NCBI RefSeq assembly: GCF_009834535.1
Contig: NC_045696.1
Coordinates: 64,048,001-64,112,000, forward strand
Reading direction: 5' to 3'
Length of the DNA: 64,000 nt
Source of the DNA: Camelus ferus
Lineage: Eukaryota
Below the pieces are notes generated by a model that saw only the letters and a program-made list of their open reading frames with translations, was not told the origin of the DNA and did not search any database. A program made the position numbers and the translations under genes. Positions 37,724 through 51,777 of the stretch are shown piece after piece (position 1 is the first letter of the stretch; each line of letters opens with the position of its first letter).

Positions 37724-38469
37724 GTAAGCCTGTGCTCTGCAGAGAATCTAAGTAGTTTCTTCAATGCCAGACCAACATGGATTGTATCATAGCTATCCAG
37801 TACTTATAAAAAGGTGAGGTCTCCAATATGGAGTGCAAGTGGCAGTGAGAGGAGAACTCACCTAAGCCTGGTTTTCTCCTCAGTACAAGTACTTCCATAT
37901 TTGGGTTCCTGTGAGGAAAGGGGAATAATGCATTTTAAAAATCCCTGGTACTGAGCTTGGCACATATTACAGGCTGGATAGTATTAGTATAATTATTGTA
38001 TAATTAATTCTAAATCTTTCTAATTGTAGTATGAGCAATGTCTGGTTTCAAAGTTTTCTAGAACATGAATATTAGGAAACAGCACTGTCCCCGGTGCTTA
38101 GGATAACTCATTGGTACCAGGAGTTTTATTACTATTACTTTAGTATTGATTTTTGTCTCAAAGACTAGAAACAATAAAAAGGAAAACCATGAGAGCTTTT
38201 GTTGAGACTCTGAAGTAGATTTCAGAACAAATGGTCTCGTTCATGATGAGGAATCTGGCCCTCCTGGTTCTAGTCTTGGCTCTGCTCTGACTCCTTGACT
38301 CGGTGAAGTCATCTCTGCTGTCGGGGCTTTGGCTTCCGTGGCCTTAAAATGAGAGGACTGAATTAGACTAGCACTGTTCACAGAAAACAAAATGAAACAA
38401 AAAACCTGGAATCTTTTTTTAAAAGGAAACCTTATTTAAAAGCACCCTACAGAAAAAAAAAAAAAAAGA

Positions 38470-38800
38470 CACAAAATAACTTATTTACAAAACAGAAACA
38501 GACTCACAGACATAGAAAACAAACTTATGGTTACCAGGGGAGAAAAGAGGTGGGAAGGGATAAATTGGGAGATGGAGATTTGCAGATACTAACTACTATA
38601 TATAAATTAGATAAACAACAAGTTTCTCCTGGATAGCCCAGGGAACCATATTCAATATCTTAGTGTAACCTACAGTGAAAAAGAACATGAAAACAAATGT
38701 ATGTATGTATATGATGAGCTGAAACATGCCTTACACCAGAAATTGACATAACATTGTAAAATGACTGTACTTCAATAAGAAAATAAAAGATAAAAAAACA
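38470..38800 (+). mobile_element. L1 3'UTR fragment with A-rich tail
   Basis: acttatttacaaaacagaaacagactcacagacatagaaaacaaacttatggttacc...actgtacttcaataa, a laurasiatherian L1 3' end. Confidence 0.85.
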
Positions 38801-39677
38801 CCCTAACAAACAAATAATTGGAGTTGCTCTGACTAAGATAAAAGATGGGGAGTAAAAGCACAGCTTAGGGAACACACACCCCCACCTGCTTATTACAAGC
38901 CCACCTCCTGTGGCCCCGTAGCCTGGTGCAGCTCTAGGTCCCTGCGATACATGTGTATCCAGTCCACCGAAGGAGACATCTTCCGGGTCCCCTCCAACTG
39001 TTGTAGGGCATGGTTCTGCAGCAGTCTGGTTGAACTTTCTCCACCCTTTCTGGGTTACCTTTTCTGTATCTTTAAGTAGGGATCATAATTTCCTCTCTGA
39101 GATTTTTTTTTTTGCCAGTCAATGAGATGATTATAAAACATTTTGGGATCTTTGGGTAAAAGGTTCCTTTGACTATAATTTAGGGTCGTTATTATAGCAA
39201 TTACCGCGTGTTTACTGAACATTAACCACGTACATCACAGTCCCTGTCCTACTGTACCCTGAGGACCGTCAATTCAAATTAGACAGAGAAGGAAGAGCAG
39301 AAGCAGCCTTGAACATCAGGAGAAGAAAGACAGTAAGGTGCTTGCCTCACACACAGTAAGTCTGGCTATTCATGCTCACTGTTTTCAAGTTAAGCCCTTC
39401 AGAAATGGAGAATGAGCCTCTGTTCAGCACATTCTAGCAGCGAAAGCAGGATAAATTGTACGAATAATTCAGAAGTATCTGCCCTTCAAGTTCCACAGCA
39501 TTTCCGATGCATTATTTGTGTGTGTGTGGTGAACTAAGTCTGATTCACCTCCATGTAGCAGAGGGAGGGGAGTACACTGTGCCGGTCTGAGGATTTTCTC
39601 CAGGGGAGGGGTTGAGCACTGTATTAGTGGAGGAACAAGAAATAAATCTCTACAGTGACCTATCCTGTTTGAAATAG

Positions 39678-39764
39678 GAAATGGCGATTTCCGGGGACAA
39701 TTTCCACATCAAGGGATTGCCGGCATATGCCATGGTCGTTAAGCCCTGCAAGACAGTCAGCCAG
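39678..39764 (+). CDS. ATP13A4: ATP13A4 coding exon (~exon 15)
   Basis: tag|GAA...CAG|gtaagc; EMAISGDNFHIKGLPAYAMVVKPCKTVSQ. Confidence 0.92.
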
Positions 39765-39992
39765 GTAAGCCCTGCCTGCACTCTACCCCAAAACGTCCGA
39801 CTCAAAAGGAGAGTCCCGACAGGCCCACAATTTTGAAAGCTTGGACGTATGTTTTCTTTGACTTCCACATGTGAAAATTAGTGAGATCTTGTTTCCCTTA
39901 TTTGTAAAATAAGGATTGGGGGAGGAGTAATTAATTCCTCAAAGCTAGAGGCTATGTAGTGTGTCCCTCTCCATTCCCCATCCCTCCACCAG

Positions 39993-40146
39993 GTCCCAGT
40001 GGAAGGAATTGCAATCCTGCATCAGTTCCCATTCTCATCAGCGCTGCAGAGGATGACGGTCATTGTCCAAGAGATGGGGGGTGACCGGCTGGCATTCATG
40101 AAAGGTGCACCAGAGAGGGTGGCCAGCTTTTGCCAACCAGAGACAA
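39993..40146 (+). CDS. ATP13A4: ATP13A4 coding exon (~exon 16; FxSxLQRM, KGAPE)
   Basis: cag|GTC...ACAA|gtaagt; VPVEGIAILHQFPFSSALQRMTVIVQEMGGDRLAFMKGAPERVASFCQPET. Confidence 0.97.
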
Positions 40147-41282
40147 GTAAGTGAACAGACTTACATTACAACTGGAAAAATCTGTATTTCCACCCCAAAT
40201 ATGTCCCCTCAGCACCTGATCGATGAATCCAAATGCTCACTGACCATCACCAATGGGATGACTCATTGACATCCCAAACTCAACAGCAAAATCAAGCTTA
40301 TCTTTCTCACTTTCTATATTTCCCATCTAAGTGAATGATAGTACCACTCCCCAACCCCAATATAGGATTCTTCCCAGATTCCTCCCCATCCCTGTCTTGT
40401 CAATTGCTCATCCATGGCCCTGTGACTCCATCAGCTCAGGCCCCCATCTCATCCCTCCACTGGATCCCTTCAATAGTTGGTGAATTGGCTGTCTGCCCAC
40501 AGTGTCCCCTATTCTGATTCACCCTTCATACTGTGACCAGATTGGTTTTCCCATCACATAGTATAACTCTATTGTCACTTTCCTGCTTTCATTTTCTGGT
40601 TGTTTCCCATAGGCTCCAGGTAATCTCAAACTCCTTTAGTATTATACATAAGGCACTCATGATATGAATCCTATTAAACTTTCCAAATTTTCTTTACCAC
40701 TCCTATCTACCACTCCTGTGTTCCCTGTGAGCTGAACTAACTACTCAAGGCTTGCTGTTTCATGTCCCCGTGCCTGAGCACGGGATGCTCCCTCAGCCAG
40801 AATGCCCTTTCCCTTCTCCACCTAACCACCTCCTCCCAGTCTGGTAGATGCACCAAGGGCTTCTATAGCATGCTGCAAATTGCCTGAATCATAGCAGTCA
40901 TCTCATTCCATTGTGTTGTTAGTCTACTGGCTGTCACCCTACTAGACAGAGATGCTCTGAGCGGAGCCTACAGTTCAATCTCTGCATAGCTAATTCCTGA
41001 CACATGGTAGACTCTAAATCAATGTTTGTTGGTAAAACTCTTTGGATTATACACTTTTTTTATTTTTATTTTTTGAATGCTTCCTTTTTGTTTCCACTTC
41101 ACTGGCTCCCAAGAGGTCAACTGTGACAATATAGTTCTACTGAGGGTTCCCACTGACTTGTTTGTGTACCTTCCTAGAGGTGTGTATTCTTGGGCAAGAG
41201 TTGGATCTGTTTATAAAGAATTTCACCACCAGTGCCAACTGAGCTCATATTGCATATTAATCTTGTGTTATTTTCTGAACAG

Positions 41283-41394
41283 TACCAACTAGTTTTGTTA
41301 GTGAACTTCAGATTTACACGACACAGGGCTTCCGGGTCATAGGACTCGCCTACAAAAAGCTGGAAATGGACCACCATACCACTGCCTTGATGAG
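41283..41394 (+). CDS. ATP13A4: ATP13A4 coding exon (~exon 17)
   Basis: cag|TA...AG|gtaaat; IPTSFVSELQIYTTQGFRVIGLAYKKLEMDHHTTALMR. Confidence 0.95.
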
Positions 41395-42409
41395 GTAAAT
41401 GGGATGGGGAGAATTTTGATGAAGCAGAATGGTTTCATGGGAAGATGTACCAGACTGGGCAGTAGACTTAGTAACATAGCCTGTGGAATTTGAGTGCATG
41501 AAATGTTTCTGAACTTAGTAAATGGGGATATAGTACCCCTGCTTTGCCTAAATCACAAAGCTGATGTGAACACTGACTGGGAGAATTGATGATAAATAGC
41601 TGTGTACATTGTAAAACATGATGTGATTGTATAGCTTTGTGAAAACATATAGGAATATAACCCATGTTTCAGAGAGCTTGAAATTGTGGTTGTGTCTTTC
41701 TTTTGAACCAAATGTAAATATTTGACTTTTAATTATTTGGGATATTTTATTTAATTTTTTGCTATATTGGTATTTTATTATCTTGATTTTTTATTATAGT
41801 TGGTGAATTAGTTGAAAATCAGAAAACATAATGCTTATCTGGAAAAAAAATCTTGAGAAATACAAAACTAAATGAAACAAATAAATATAGCTTGGACTCA
41901 ACACATAATCTAGATAAATTTGTAGAGAAACAAGAAAAGCTTCGGAGCAGCCGTTCTAAAGATAGTTTCAATATGTATAGATTAAAATAGGAATGCTCAA
42001 AAGCTAAAAGGGACTGGATTAATTTATTAGTTGAAATTTATTGTTGTTTTATTTTCCACGGTTTTCAGGCCATGGTGTTTATTTCATTTTCAGTGTCATG
42101 TCCAATACTCTATGTATGTCAGCCACTATTTATCACACTGAGACTTATTTTGTTATTTAGGAATTTAAATTTGGGAGATCTACTATATTTGTGTTCAACA
42201 CTGTCAGATTCAACATTCTCTTATTGTAACTGTGTTTTGTACCACTTCCTTTAATACACTAAAATTCATATGTAACATGATCTGTACATATTCTCTGTGA
42301 AAAAGAAATATAATGCCCTCCTATATGGTGAAAATTGAAGCAAAAACTACAATGCATTACAAAAAGTAATAGATAGTTCAATAAATACTCAGCTGACTCC
42401 ACTAAAACA

Positions 42410-43015
42410 AAGTGAAGCAGTACGTTGGTTGCACCTGCGTGTAGAATTATTGGGGCTGCTAGGAATGCAGACTGATACAGGTATGTTATACATCTGAGTC
42501 TCAAATACCATCAGCCATCTTACTGTCAGTGAGGTGACTCTGTGAAGTGGCTAAAAACTGTTGGTAATACTGAATAAAACAATATAACTTGCTCTCAATT
42601 TACATGGTAGTTACATTCTTGGAAAACTCAATAGAATATTAAAAATGGGCAAAAATACTTTGTGTTTATATGTAAAACTGATCAAGAGGAAGTATAAACA
42701 GTTTTATTTATGTTTAATATAATACTACTATATATATATATATGTATATATATATACACACACACACTATAATAATACAGTATACTGTATAGTAAAATCA
42801 TAGTGTAAAATAAACAGTGTAAGCCTGTACTGGCTCAGGAAAGTATAAATGATTTGTTAGTGTCCATGAATGTCCTGGAAAATATTTAAAAGGCATATAG
42901 GAGCTAGGGTAACTCTTCATTGGGCACTGGTCATTTCTGAAAATCTTGCATAGATGTCTAACATTGTTTCCAAAATGTCCTCTAGAGGCAGTATTGCCCC
43001 TGCTAAAATCACTGA
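42410..43015. mobile_element. hAT-Charlie non-autonomous relic (MER20B-like) interrupted by a (TA)/(CA) microsatellite
   Basis: ctcaatttacatggtagttacattcttggaaaa...aaaaatactttgtgtttatatgtaaaac and the terminus ctagaggcagtattgcccc...cactg resemble MER20B from recall. Confidence 0.55.
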
Positions 43016-45530
43016 TGTGTCCCAACCCTGTCACTTTGTGAACAGTTTGAAGCTCAAAGGTGGAAGTGGCTCTTCCAAAGTCATTGACTACGGGATCCCT
43101 GTCCACATTAATGTGACCCTTAAAACTTTGGCTATTATAGTTCTGGATATTTGTCGTAATTTAATCAACCCAGGTCACTCAAGTCAGAGAGCTACAAGTG
43201 AGCTTTGAGATTGGATCTCCCATTTTAAAGAAGAGGAAACTTGGGTCCAGGATGTAGCAGAATTGGGAATGGAATTCTGTTTCCTGAGAGCCTGTTGACA
43301 CGTATGTCAGGATTCTGGCTACTATGCTGCTGCTTCTAATTATTATAGTAAAATATTTCCATATCTGTAAGTTTCAAACCTATGACTTTGGGGCTGGCAT
43401 ATGTAACAAAGCCTATGAGCACATGGAGGCCCACGAGCAATGGGGCATGGTGAGGGCTGTGGCACACAGAAGAGACATGCCCTGGCCCACAGCATTGAAA
43501 TTCCAACTTTTCAAAATCTGGTAAGTTTTGTACACAAGTTGACTAGCAGGATCTGATCTTAGGTCATCAATCTGCCCCTCCTGTGTTAAAGCCACAGTAC
43601 CAACACACCTACTCCTAGCTAAGTTAATTTACCTAAACTTTGTTAATCCCTGATTAGAGCAGAACATTCTTTCTGACTTGTGTGTGTGTGTGTGTGTGTC
43701 TGTTTACTCAAAGTGCTTCCAGCGCTGATATTATAATACTCATGAAAAGAAGAACCATGTAATGTTAGAGCTAGAACAGACTTTGCAGATTCGTTAGTTT
43801 CACCACTTTCTTTTACAAAACAAGAAAGAGATTACCAGATAAAGAAAGTGATTTACTCATGGTCACACTGCAAGGTAGTTGCAGAGCTGGGATTAGAATG
43901 CTGATCTCCTAATTACAGTGTGTTCAACCCTATGACAGCTTTGTGCCCGAGGAACAGAAATACGAGTGTCAAAAGGGGCTGCACACATTGTCAGATGCTT
44001 GACTCTGGAGACATTTTCTTGGCCTGATCTGGTGCCTTGAGGTTGCACCATTCTTATCTCCAAAAATGTCTAAAACCTGAGGCCTGTGTATGAGGGCCAC
44101 CAGAAAGACTGGAGGACCTTCATCAGGCATCAGCTAGGATATCCTTTAAAGACCAGCTCAAATACCACCTCCTCCAGGAAGGCTTCTCCAATTACTCCAC
44201 CTAAAAATGATTACACCTTCCTCTCCGACTCTGTAGGACTCTTGTGTGTACATGATCACGATACTCCTCCCAGCCTTCTATATAGCCAAGGTGGTCATGC
44301 GTCATCTTGCCATCCCCATTGCATGTGAAATCTCTGGAGTCAGGAGTTACTATAGTCCTTGCCTATTCTCTTCCCCACTTCCCAAGCCCTGTTCCTTGCA
44401 CTTACTTAGGTTTTCAGTAAATGGTCATTGATTTAACAGACTGGCTGACTTCAGTTCCCATGAGGAACCTCTGGCAGTAGAATTTCTGAAAGAGGAAATG
44501 AATTTCCCTAGGTAGTTTGGCAAAAAAAAAAAAAAAAAAAAAAAAAAAGGTCACACCAGGCAGCAGAGCACCTCAAAAGACAGATATTTGCCGAGTACCT
44601 CCTCTGTGTTGGCACCATGTGGGTGTTGTTGAACTTGTCATTGAACCAGGCAAACTAGCCCTTAAGGAGCTGAGACAGAGACAGATCAGACAGCAAAAAA
44701 TGATAATATGTGGACAAATAATATACAGGATAAACTGAGGTAGAAGTAATGCGCTGAGGGAGCAAGTATTTCTCTCTGGGGAAGTCTTTATGAGGAGGTG
44801 CATGTGAGTTGGGCCTCAAGATATAGGAAGGATTTCAATGGAAGATCCTGGGAAACTTACGACCTTTCCCATGGAATAAGAAGAAATGTCTTATGGCAGT
44901 TTAGAGCAAATGTTTAGAGACAGCTGTGTGCAGGCAAACCCATGGTAAGTGGTCTAACTTGGCTAGGGGTTGTAGTAGATGAAGAATTTAGTGACAGATG
45001 AAGCTGGAAAGATCATTTGGAATCAGATTATGGAGAGACTTAAATGCCAGGTTCAGAAGGACAGGAGATGCTATCCTTCTGAGTCAGCTCTGAGGTGAGC
45101 AATTCAATCTGTGTACACTTCCTGCCACTCTGGGGGAGGTTTTAGCAGTGACCTGGGGAGCGTCCCTAACTCTCCACCAGGCTCCTGGCTGATGTGAGGA
45201 CCAGCATTGAGACACACATGCCAAGAAAGGCAGGTTGGCTTTTCTGGGTACTGCTTTCCTCTGCATTTTGGCCAGAATTAGGCAGTGCTGGTGTCTTGCT
45301 CTTGTGTCTGCTAGAAGTTTCTGGGTCTCAGATAAATGAATCATGGAAGAATCTTTGAACTCCCAACCCAGAAGTACTCCCCTGCTACTGGTCCTGCAGA
45401 ATATCTTGGAAATGTTCTTGTGGTGGACAGGAGCATAAGAGAATTATTTGTTTGCAGAAACATGCACACTTTATGTAAAAGAGCAGTGCTACCAACTGAG
45501 AGAGAGAGAAGCTTGATCTTAGAAGGACTC

Positions 45531-45655
45531 TCTTTTTTCCTTTCTTTCCTTTTCTTTTCTTTTCTTTCCTTTTCTTTTTTTCTTTTCTTTTCTTTCTTTT
45601 CTTTTCTTTTCTTTTCTTTTCTTTTCTTTTCCTTTCTTTCCTTTTCTTTTCTTTT
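45531..45655. repeat. (CTTTT/CTTT)n pyrimidine microsatellite
   Basis: Direct inspection. Confidence 0.95.
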
Positions 45656-46117
45656 GAGATTATAGCCTCATACCTCCTGGACTAAAACAGTATTGATGAT
45701 AGCTTTGGTTTCTAGAGAAACTGGTATTTTCTTTTATTTTTCATGATGTTTTGTACCAGAGCTAGAACACCTCTCTGGTGGTTGCTAAAGGTGAGGTGAT
45801 GAAAATCACTACAGCGTATGGAAAGCACCTTCGTGGTCATTTAAGTTCATTGTCTATAAAAGTTAAAGCAAATGTTTTGTTTAATAAGTATTCTCTCTTC
45901 CTCTCGATTCAGTCAGAGCAAACGTCTTTGTATCCTTTGTGCCCTCTCCTGTCTTCTTTCTGGATGGTTCCTGCACATATTCAGTGCCTCAGGAATGGTG
46001 CTTAAATGACAGTGGGGACCACTCTGACAGAGAGAGAGCTATCTTGGTCTTTGTTTTGCTTCCTATAAGAAGAACTATTAATGTGTGATTTCTGTTCAAT
46101 CATCCATATACTTCTAG

Positions 46118-46242
46118 GGACCAGGTAGAATCAGATCTGATGTTTTTAGGACTGTTGATCTTGGAGAATCGATTAAAGGAAGAAACAAAACCTGTCCTGG
46201 AAGAGCTCATCTCTGCCCGGATAAGGACCGTCATGATCACAG
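46118..46242 (+). CDS. ATP13A4: ATP13A4 coding exon (~exon 18)
   Basis: tag|G...ACAG|gtatag; DQVESDLMFLGLLILENRLKEETKPVLEELISARIRTVMIT. Confidence 0.96.
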
Positions 46243-46615
46243 GTATAGAACGAGTGTGTGTGAAAGCAGGAAAAAATTGATGGGGAAATAGACAGAAATG
46301 CACTCATTCAGCAAATATTGTTGACTCCTTACTATGGACCAAATACTATTCTAGATACAGGAGATGGGCAACAAAAAAGGCAAAGTTACTGCTCTCACTG
46401 AGTTTCATTCACATGGGTTGAGATAGAAAATCAGTCAATCAATCAATCAAATAAACAGCTGGCAATAATATTATGAGATACATAAAACAAAACAGAGTGA
46501 TGTGGTAAAGTGTGTCTGACCAGCTACTTTAGATGAGATGTCCTTTCTGAGAGGGAACATTTGAGCTAACACCTGAATAAGAAAACATGAGCTGGGCAAA
46601 CATGTTGGTTTTATT

Positions 46616-46770
46616 CTTTTTGGGGGGGGAGGGATAGTGGGAGGATGAAGGTAATTAGGTTTATTTATTTATTATTATTAATTTTTTCTTCTAATGGAGG
46701 TTCTGGGGATTGAACCCAGGACCTCGGCATGCTAAGCATACGTTCTACCACTGAGCTCTACCCTCCCAGC
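46616..46770 (-). mobile_element. tRNA-derived SINE (Vic-1-like)
   Basis: ctggggattgaacccaggacctcggcatgctaagcatacgttctaccactgagct (reversed B and A boxes). Imperfect flanking repeat atgttg(g/a)ttttatt. Confidence 0.85.
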
Positions 46771-46974
46771 TAAGATGTTGATTTTTATTGTTAAATGTTA
46801 GAAGAAGAATGCTCGGTCAGCATGGTCTGTAAATTACACTGAAGGCCCATCAATGAGATCTACAGTTCTGGAGATTAAAAAATGCTGTCCCCTCTAGTCT
46901 TACTCCCAAACCCCAAACTGCAAACAAGGGAGCGGTGAGCAAGGATCACACAAGAGAAAGTAGTGAAATTTCTT

Positions 46975-47299
46975 TTTTTTTTTTTTCTGTCATGAACTTT
47001 TATTTTATTTTTTGTTTTATTTAACATTTTTTTATTGAGTGATAGTCATTTTACAATGTGTCAAATTCCAGTGTGGAGCACAATTTTTCAGTGATACATG
47101 AGCATACATATATTCATTGTCACATTTTTTTTCACTGTGAGCTACCACAAGATCTTGTATATATTTCCCTGTGCTATACCGTATAATCTTGTTTATCTAG
47201 TCTACATATTCTACATAATTTTGAAATCCCATTCTGTCCCTTCCCACCCCCTGCCAAATACAAAACAGAAGCAGAGTCATAGATATAGAATACAAACTT
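46975..47299 (-). mobile_element. Short L1 insertion with 5' inversion and TSD
   Basis: Poly-T and L1 3'UTR to ~47255, then 47256-47302 in the opposite orientation. TSD gtgaaatttctt at 46963-46974 and 47300-47311. Confidence 0.88.
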
Positions 47300-50200
47300 G
47301 TGAAATTTCTTAATGAAAGCTCTTGAGTGAAGAGTAAATGATTTCCTAATGCAGTCATGTTTTTTGAGCATGTGTTCCCTTCTCCTCCTCTGCTCTCATA
47401 ATTCAGATGCATTCGACTTGGTTCGTTGTAGCACCAGGATACAATCTTTCCCCACCAAGGCACTTTCTCCCCACTCTGCTTCCTTTGAACCCAGTTCTGT
47501 GTTGGGAGCGCTAGAATATGTTCACCTCCCCTTTGGTACATCTCCACCCCCTAAAAAGCCCCCCACAATCCAAGAAACTTTTGGATCACTTTTACCTTCT
47601 CCCTTTCTAGCCCCTTGATCCAATTTCTAGGTGTTGCTGAATTAATTTACCACTTATTAGAATTCCCCTTACGTATGGCCCTCCCATTTAAAAATCTTGA
47701 TTTAGCACTTATTTTACACATTCTCAGAATCTATCCTTAACCATTTAGATTTACGTAGAAATAAGAACTCATCACTCTCCACCGCCCTCTTCACCTCTTC
47801 CTTCACATTGAAATTTCTGCTTTGTTTCTTTCCTTGCTTGGTTGTAATTTTTCTGAAGAACTGTCCTTGGATGGGATAGAAGGATGATATGCTCTCTGAT
47901 TTCTTATATATCCTGGGATATCTTTCTCTGCTCTGACAGGTGAGTGATAGCTTGCCTGGGTATAGAATGTTTAGGTTCTAGTCCTTTTTTATTAATGGTC
48001 TGTAGGTATTAGTCTTTCGTCTTCTGGTTTGGGGTATTGCATATACAGGTCCGATGCCAGTTCACTGTAGGTAACTTGTTATTTTTATATATAATCTTTT
48101 TTCTTTAACTTTGGAGTTTAGAGATGTTACCAGGATGTGCCTGTATATTTATCTTTTTCCATTAATTTAGTCTCAAGCATGGTGAGCACTTTAAATCTGT
48201 CTTCTTCCTCTCAGGAAAATTTGTTCCCTTGTTCATTTAACTAATGCCTTTTGTTTTCTCTCTTTCTTTTTTCCCTTCTGGAATTTCTGTTATTCTGCAT
48301 CTATCCTCTCAGTCTCTTATCTTTTCTCCTGTAACATTCATTTTTTTTTAATTTTTATACAATTTTTAAAGGTTACACTCCATTTACAGTTATTACAGAA
48401 TATTGGCTATATCCTGGTGTTGTACAGTACATCCTTGTAGCCGATCTTATGTAGCTCTCATATTTTTATAGTTTTGCTTTGTGTTCTAAGATTTTTTTTT
48501 CTTGCACTCAATTTTTCCAAACCGCAAACTCCAGTATCAAAAATGACGATTATCTCCTTCAAATCACCCTTTGAATTGTGATGTTCTTAAATTGTGTTTT
48601 GGGGTAGGAGTGGATCTAAAAAACTCTCATTATTTTTAATGCAGCTTTCATCGGTCTCCAGCAGCGATCCTACTTCCCTAGTCATGTGTTCTGGTTGTTC
48701 TGCCTGATCTTTCCTTCCCTAGCTTCCGGGACTTCTTAAGTAGGTTGTTGTATTTTTTTTTGCCAGATGATTAAGGCTCAGGCCTGGGCTGCACATCCTA
48801 AACAAGATGCCTCTCACAGGCTTTGTGGCAAAGCGGACGGGCTGTTGTTACCCTGCTGAGATTTGTGGAAGAAACCTCTCCGTCTCAAGGCTCCCTGTCC
48901 TCTTCTGATCTCAGGCTGGAGCATCCTCTTCCCACCAGTTAGCTCTTTTAAGGATCTTCAAAGTATTATGGTAGAAATCTAGGAGAAGCCATGCCTGTTA
49001 CTATATTATTTATTTTTTCAGTGGTTGCTCTAGGAATCACAACATCTTTACCAAACCTTTCACATAGCTGTATAATCATAAATGTCCCTGACTTTCTCCC
49101 CTTTACATTATAGTTGTCCTGTGTATGACATAGAGTGAGACCCCACCAGACAATGTTAGAGTTTTTAATTTCAACAGTCAAGAGTTAAAGAATGTAAGAG
49201 CAGAAAAAATCGACTTTTATGTTTATCCAGATCTTTATTATTTTTGTTACTGTTTTCATTCCTTATATTGCAAGTTTCACTCTGATATCATTTCCTTTTA
49301 GCCCAAAGAACTTCAAGCATTTCTTTTTGAGTATATCTTCTGGCAACAAATTACCTTAGTTATATGTAATATATTGTTTTTCTCTGCTTTTTCTTTATCT
49401 TTGGTTTTTAGCAACTTGATTATGTGTATAGGTGTGGTTTTCATTGAGTTTATCTTGATTGGGATTCAATGAGCTTCTTGAATCTGTAAATTTAAATCTT
49501 TTACCGTATTTGGGAAGTTTTGTGCTATTATTTCTCCAAAAAATTTTTTGTCCTGTTTCAGTCTCTTTCCCCTCTCCTTCTTGGGCTCTAATGACATGAA
49601 TATGAATTCTTTTGCTATTCTTCAGTCTTGATTCTTCTGTTTTTAAGATTGTTTCTCTGTTCCTCAGATTGTATAATTTCTATTGATCTATCTTCAGGTT
49701 CACTGACTCTCCTGTCATATCCTTTGTGCTATTGAGTTCATCCAATGAATTTTTAAAATTTCAGCTATTATATTATTCAGTTCTAAAGTAGATATTTTAG
49801 CAAGTAAAACTGGGGCATGGGAAGTGATTAATATCATAGTTCAATTCTTGAAGCTTTTGCTATCCTTCTTTGGGTTTGTTCTGCCCATGCACAGCTCTGG
49901 ATTGAGATCAGAACTTACATAGTTCATACACTGAATTAGCCTTCTTGTCTAGCTCTCTTCTTTCCAGGATTTCCCTCATAACTCTTCCGCCCTCCAGTGC
50001 CCCTTTCCTGGTTCCTCTGGCCAGAAAGACTAGATTTTTCTTGGAGTTTTAGCTATCTGCAGAGCTCTGGAACTGGGGCTTACATTTAGGCCAAATTATG
50101 TGAGAGGAAAGAGGAAAAAGAGCTGAGAATCTCTTGATCTTATAGGTTATTTCTCCAAATTTGATTCCCTTCCATATACTGCCATTTATATTTACTTTTC

Positions 50201-50672
50201 AAAGTCCTTGGGTAGGTTTTGGAGTTTTATTTATTTATTGTTTGTTTGTTTGTTTGTGTTTTTTCCTCAGAGTTTTCCACTGTGATCAGTGGGAGAAATA
50301 GATTCTAGTGGGTTTACTCCCTTTTAGCTAGAAGTGGAACCACGAGATATGAGATTAAACCAGTGAGGTTTTGCTAAACATTTACCAAGCTGTTAACAAA
50401 TGATAGAAACAGATTTGAATTTTGCCTTTTTAATTTTACTTCCCACTCTCTGGCAAAAATATACTGTAGGTCATGAGGTAACCAGATGAAAAGCAGCAAA
50501 AATAAGAAAAAGGATCATGAAATCATGGAAGATTAGGGCTGAGAAAGACCTTAGAGATTCTTTCTCCTCACACCCAAAATAAGGCCTAAACTCCTGACCC
50601 TAGTTTTCCAGGCTCTACATGAATTGGTTCTAGCTCGTCAACCTCATCTTGGGATACTCTCTTTTTTTCTAG

Positions 50673-50836
50673 GTGACAATCTTCAGACTGCAATAACAGT
50701 GGCCAGAAAGTCTGGGATGGTTTCTGGAAACCAGAAAGTCATTCTCATTGAAGCAAATGAAACTCCTGGGTCCTCATCAGCATCTGTATCTTGGAAATTA
50801 GTAGAAGAGAAGAAGCACATGGCATACAGGAATCAG
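50673..50836 (+). CDS. ATP13A4: ATP13A4 coding exon (~exon 19; TGDN)
   Basis: tag|GT...CAG|gtacac; GDNLQTAITVARKSGMVSGNQKVILIEANETPGSSSASVSWKLVEEKKHMAYRNQ. Confidence 0.96.
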
Positions 50837-51654
50837 GTACACCTGAAAACAGACCTTCTGCCGTGGTATCTAACTTGTCACCCAGTGTTGACTACGGAGC
50901 AGCTTTGACTGGCAGAGGTGTACAGGTGACCTAGGGTCAACATACTTCTCCAAATGTCTAACATGTATGCAGTTCATAGAACTCAATTATATCAGTTTCC
51001 CATACCGTTTCTACTGAGCTTTAAGTTATGGTGCTTTCCTGGCTGCTAGAAATAATTTATTCTTTTAAACTTAAAAAAAGTCTTTAGAAAGAATATAGTG
51101 AGCATGGCTGCAAGTCTAACTTTTCATTGTTTTCTTATTTGCCAGCCATCCCATTGAGTTCAAAGAGGACTCAGTCCCTAGGAGAGACATTGCTGTGTGC
51201 ACTGGAAAATCAGACTCTGTCTTCAGGGTGGAAAAAAAAAAAAAGTTTATTCATTTGTCTCTAGTCTTGTTAGTATCCTGTCTCTGTTGTGTGTCCTTGT
51301 GGGACAATATTAATTCTGTAAGAAAAAAAAAACAAGTTTTCATTTCAGAGAGATATTTGTTAAGCTGCAAAGCATTTGTATTTTACACTTGAAATGTGTG
51401 AAATGTGCTTTTCTCAGGGACTCACCGAGATCAAATCAGGATGAGGACAGGACATGAGTGTTATTCTCCTGGTCACTAGAGGCTGTTGATGTGCAAAGGT
51501 TGATCCAGCAAAGAGAAAATGCTTCTCTGAGGAATCAGAGCTGGAGTGTGACTTTTAAAGAGAGAACCTAGACTGCCATAGTTGCCTTCTCTCAGGTGTG
51601 CCTGTGGTCCTAACCACTATACCAAGTCTGAAATAACTGTGTCTTGCTCAGCAG

Positions 51655-51777
51655 GACAATTACATTAACATCAGGGAAGACATCTCTGATAATAGCAGAG
51701 AAGGAAGTTACCATTTTGCCCTAAGTGGAAAATCCTTTCAGGTTATAAGTCAACATTTCAGCAGCCTACTGCCAAAG
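51655..51777 (+). CDS. ATP13A4: ATP13A4 coding exon (~exon 20)
   Basis: cagcag|GAC...AAG|gtaagt; DNYINIREDISDNSREGSYHFALSGKSFQVISQHFSSLLPK. Confidence 0.93.

Noticed and set aside
45336..45665. Phe/Ser-rich hydrophobic ORF, and the YI-repeat ORF at 62970-63287
   Set aside because: Translations of (CTTTT)n and (TA)n microsatellites
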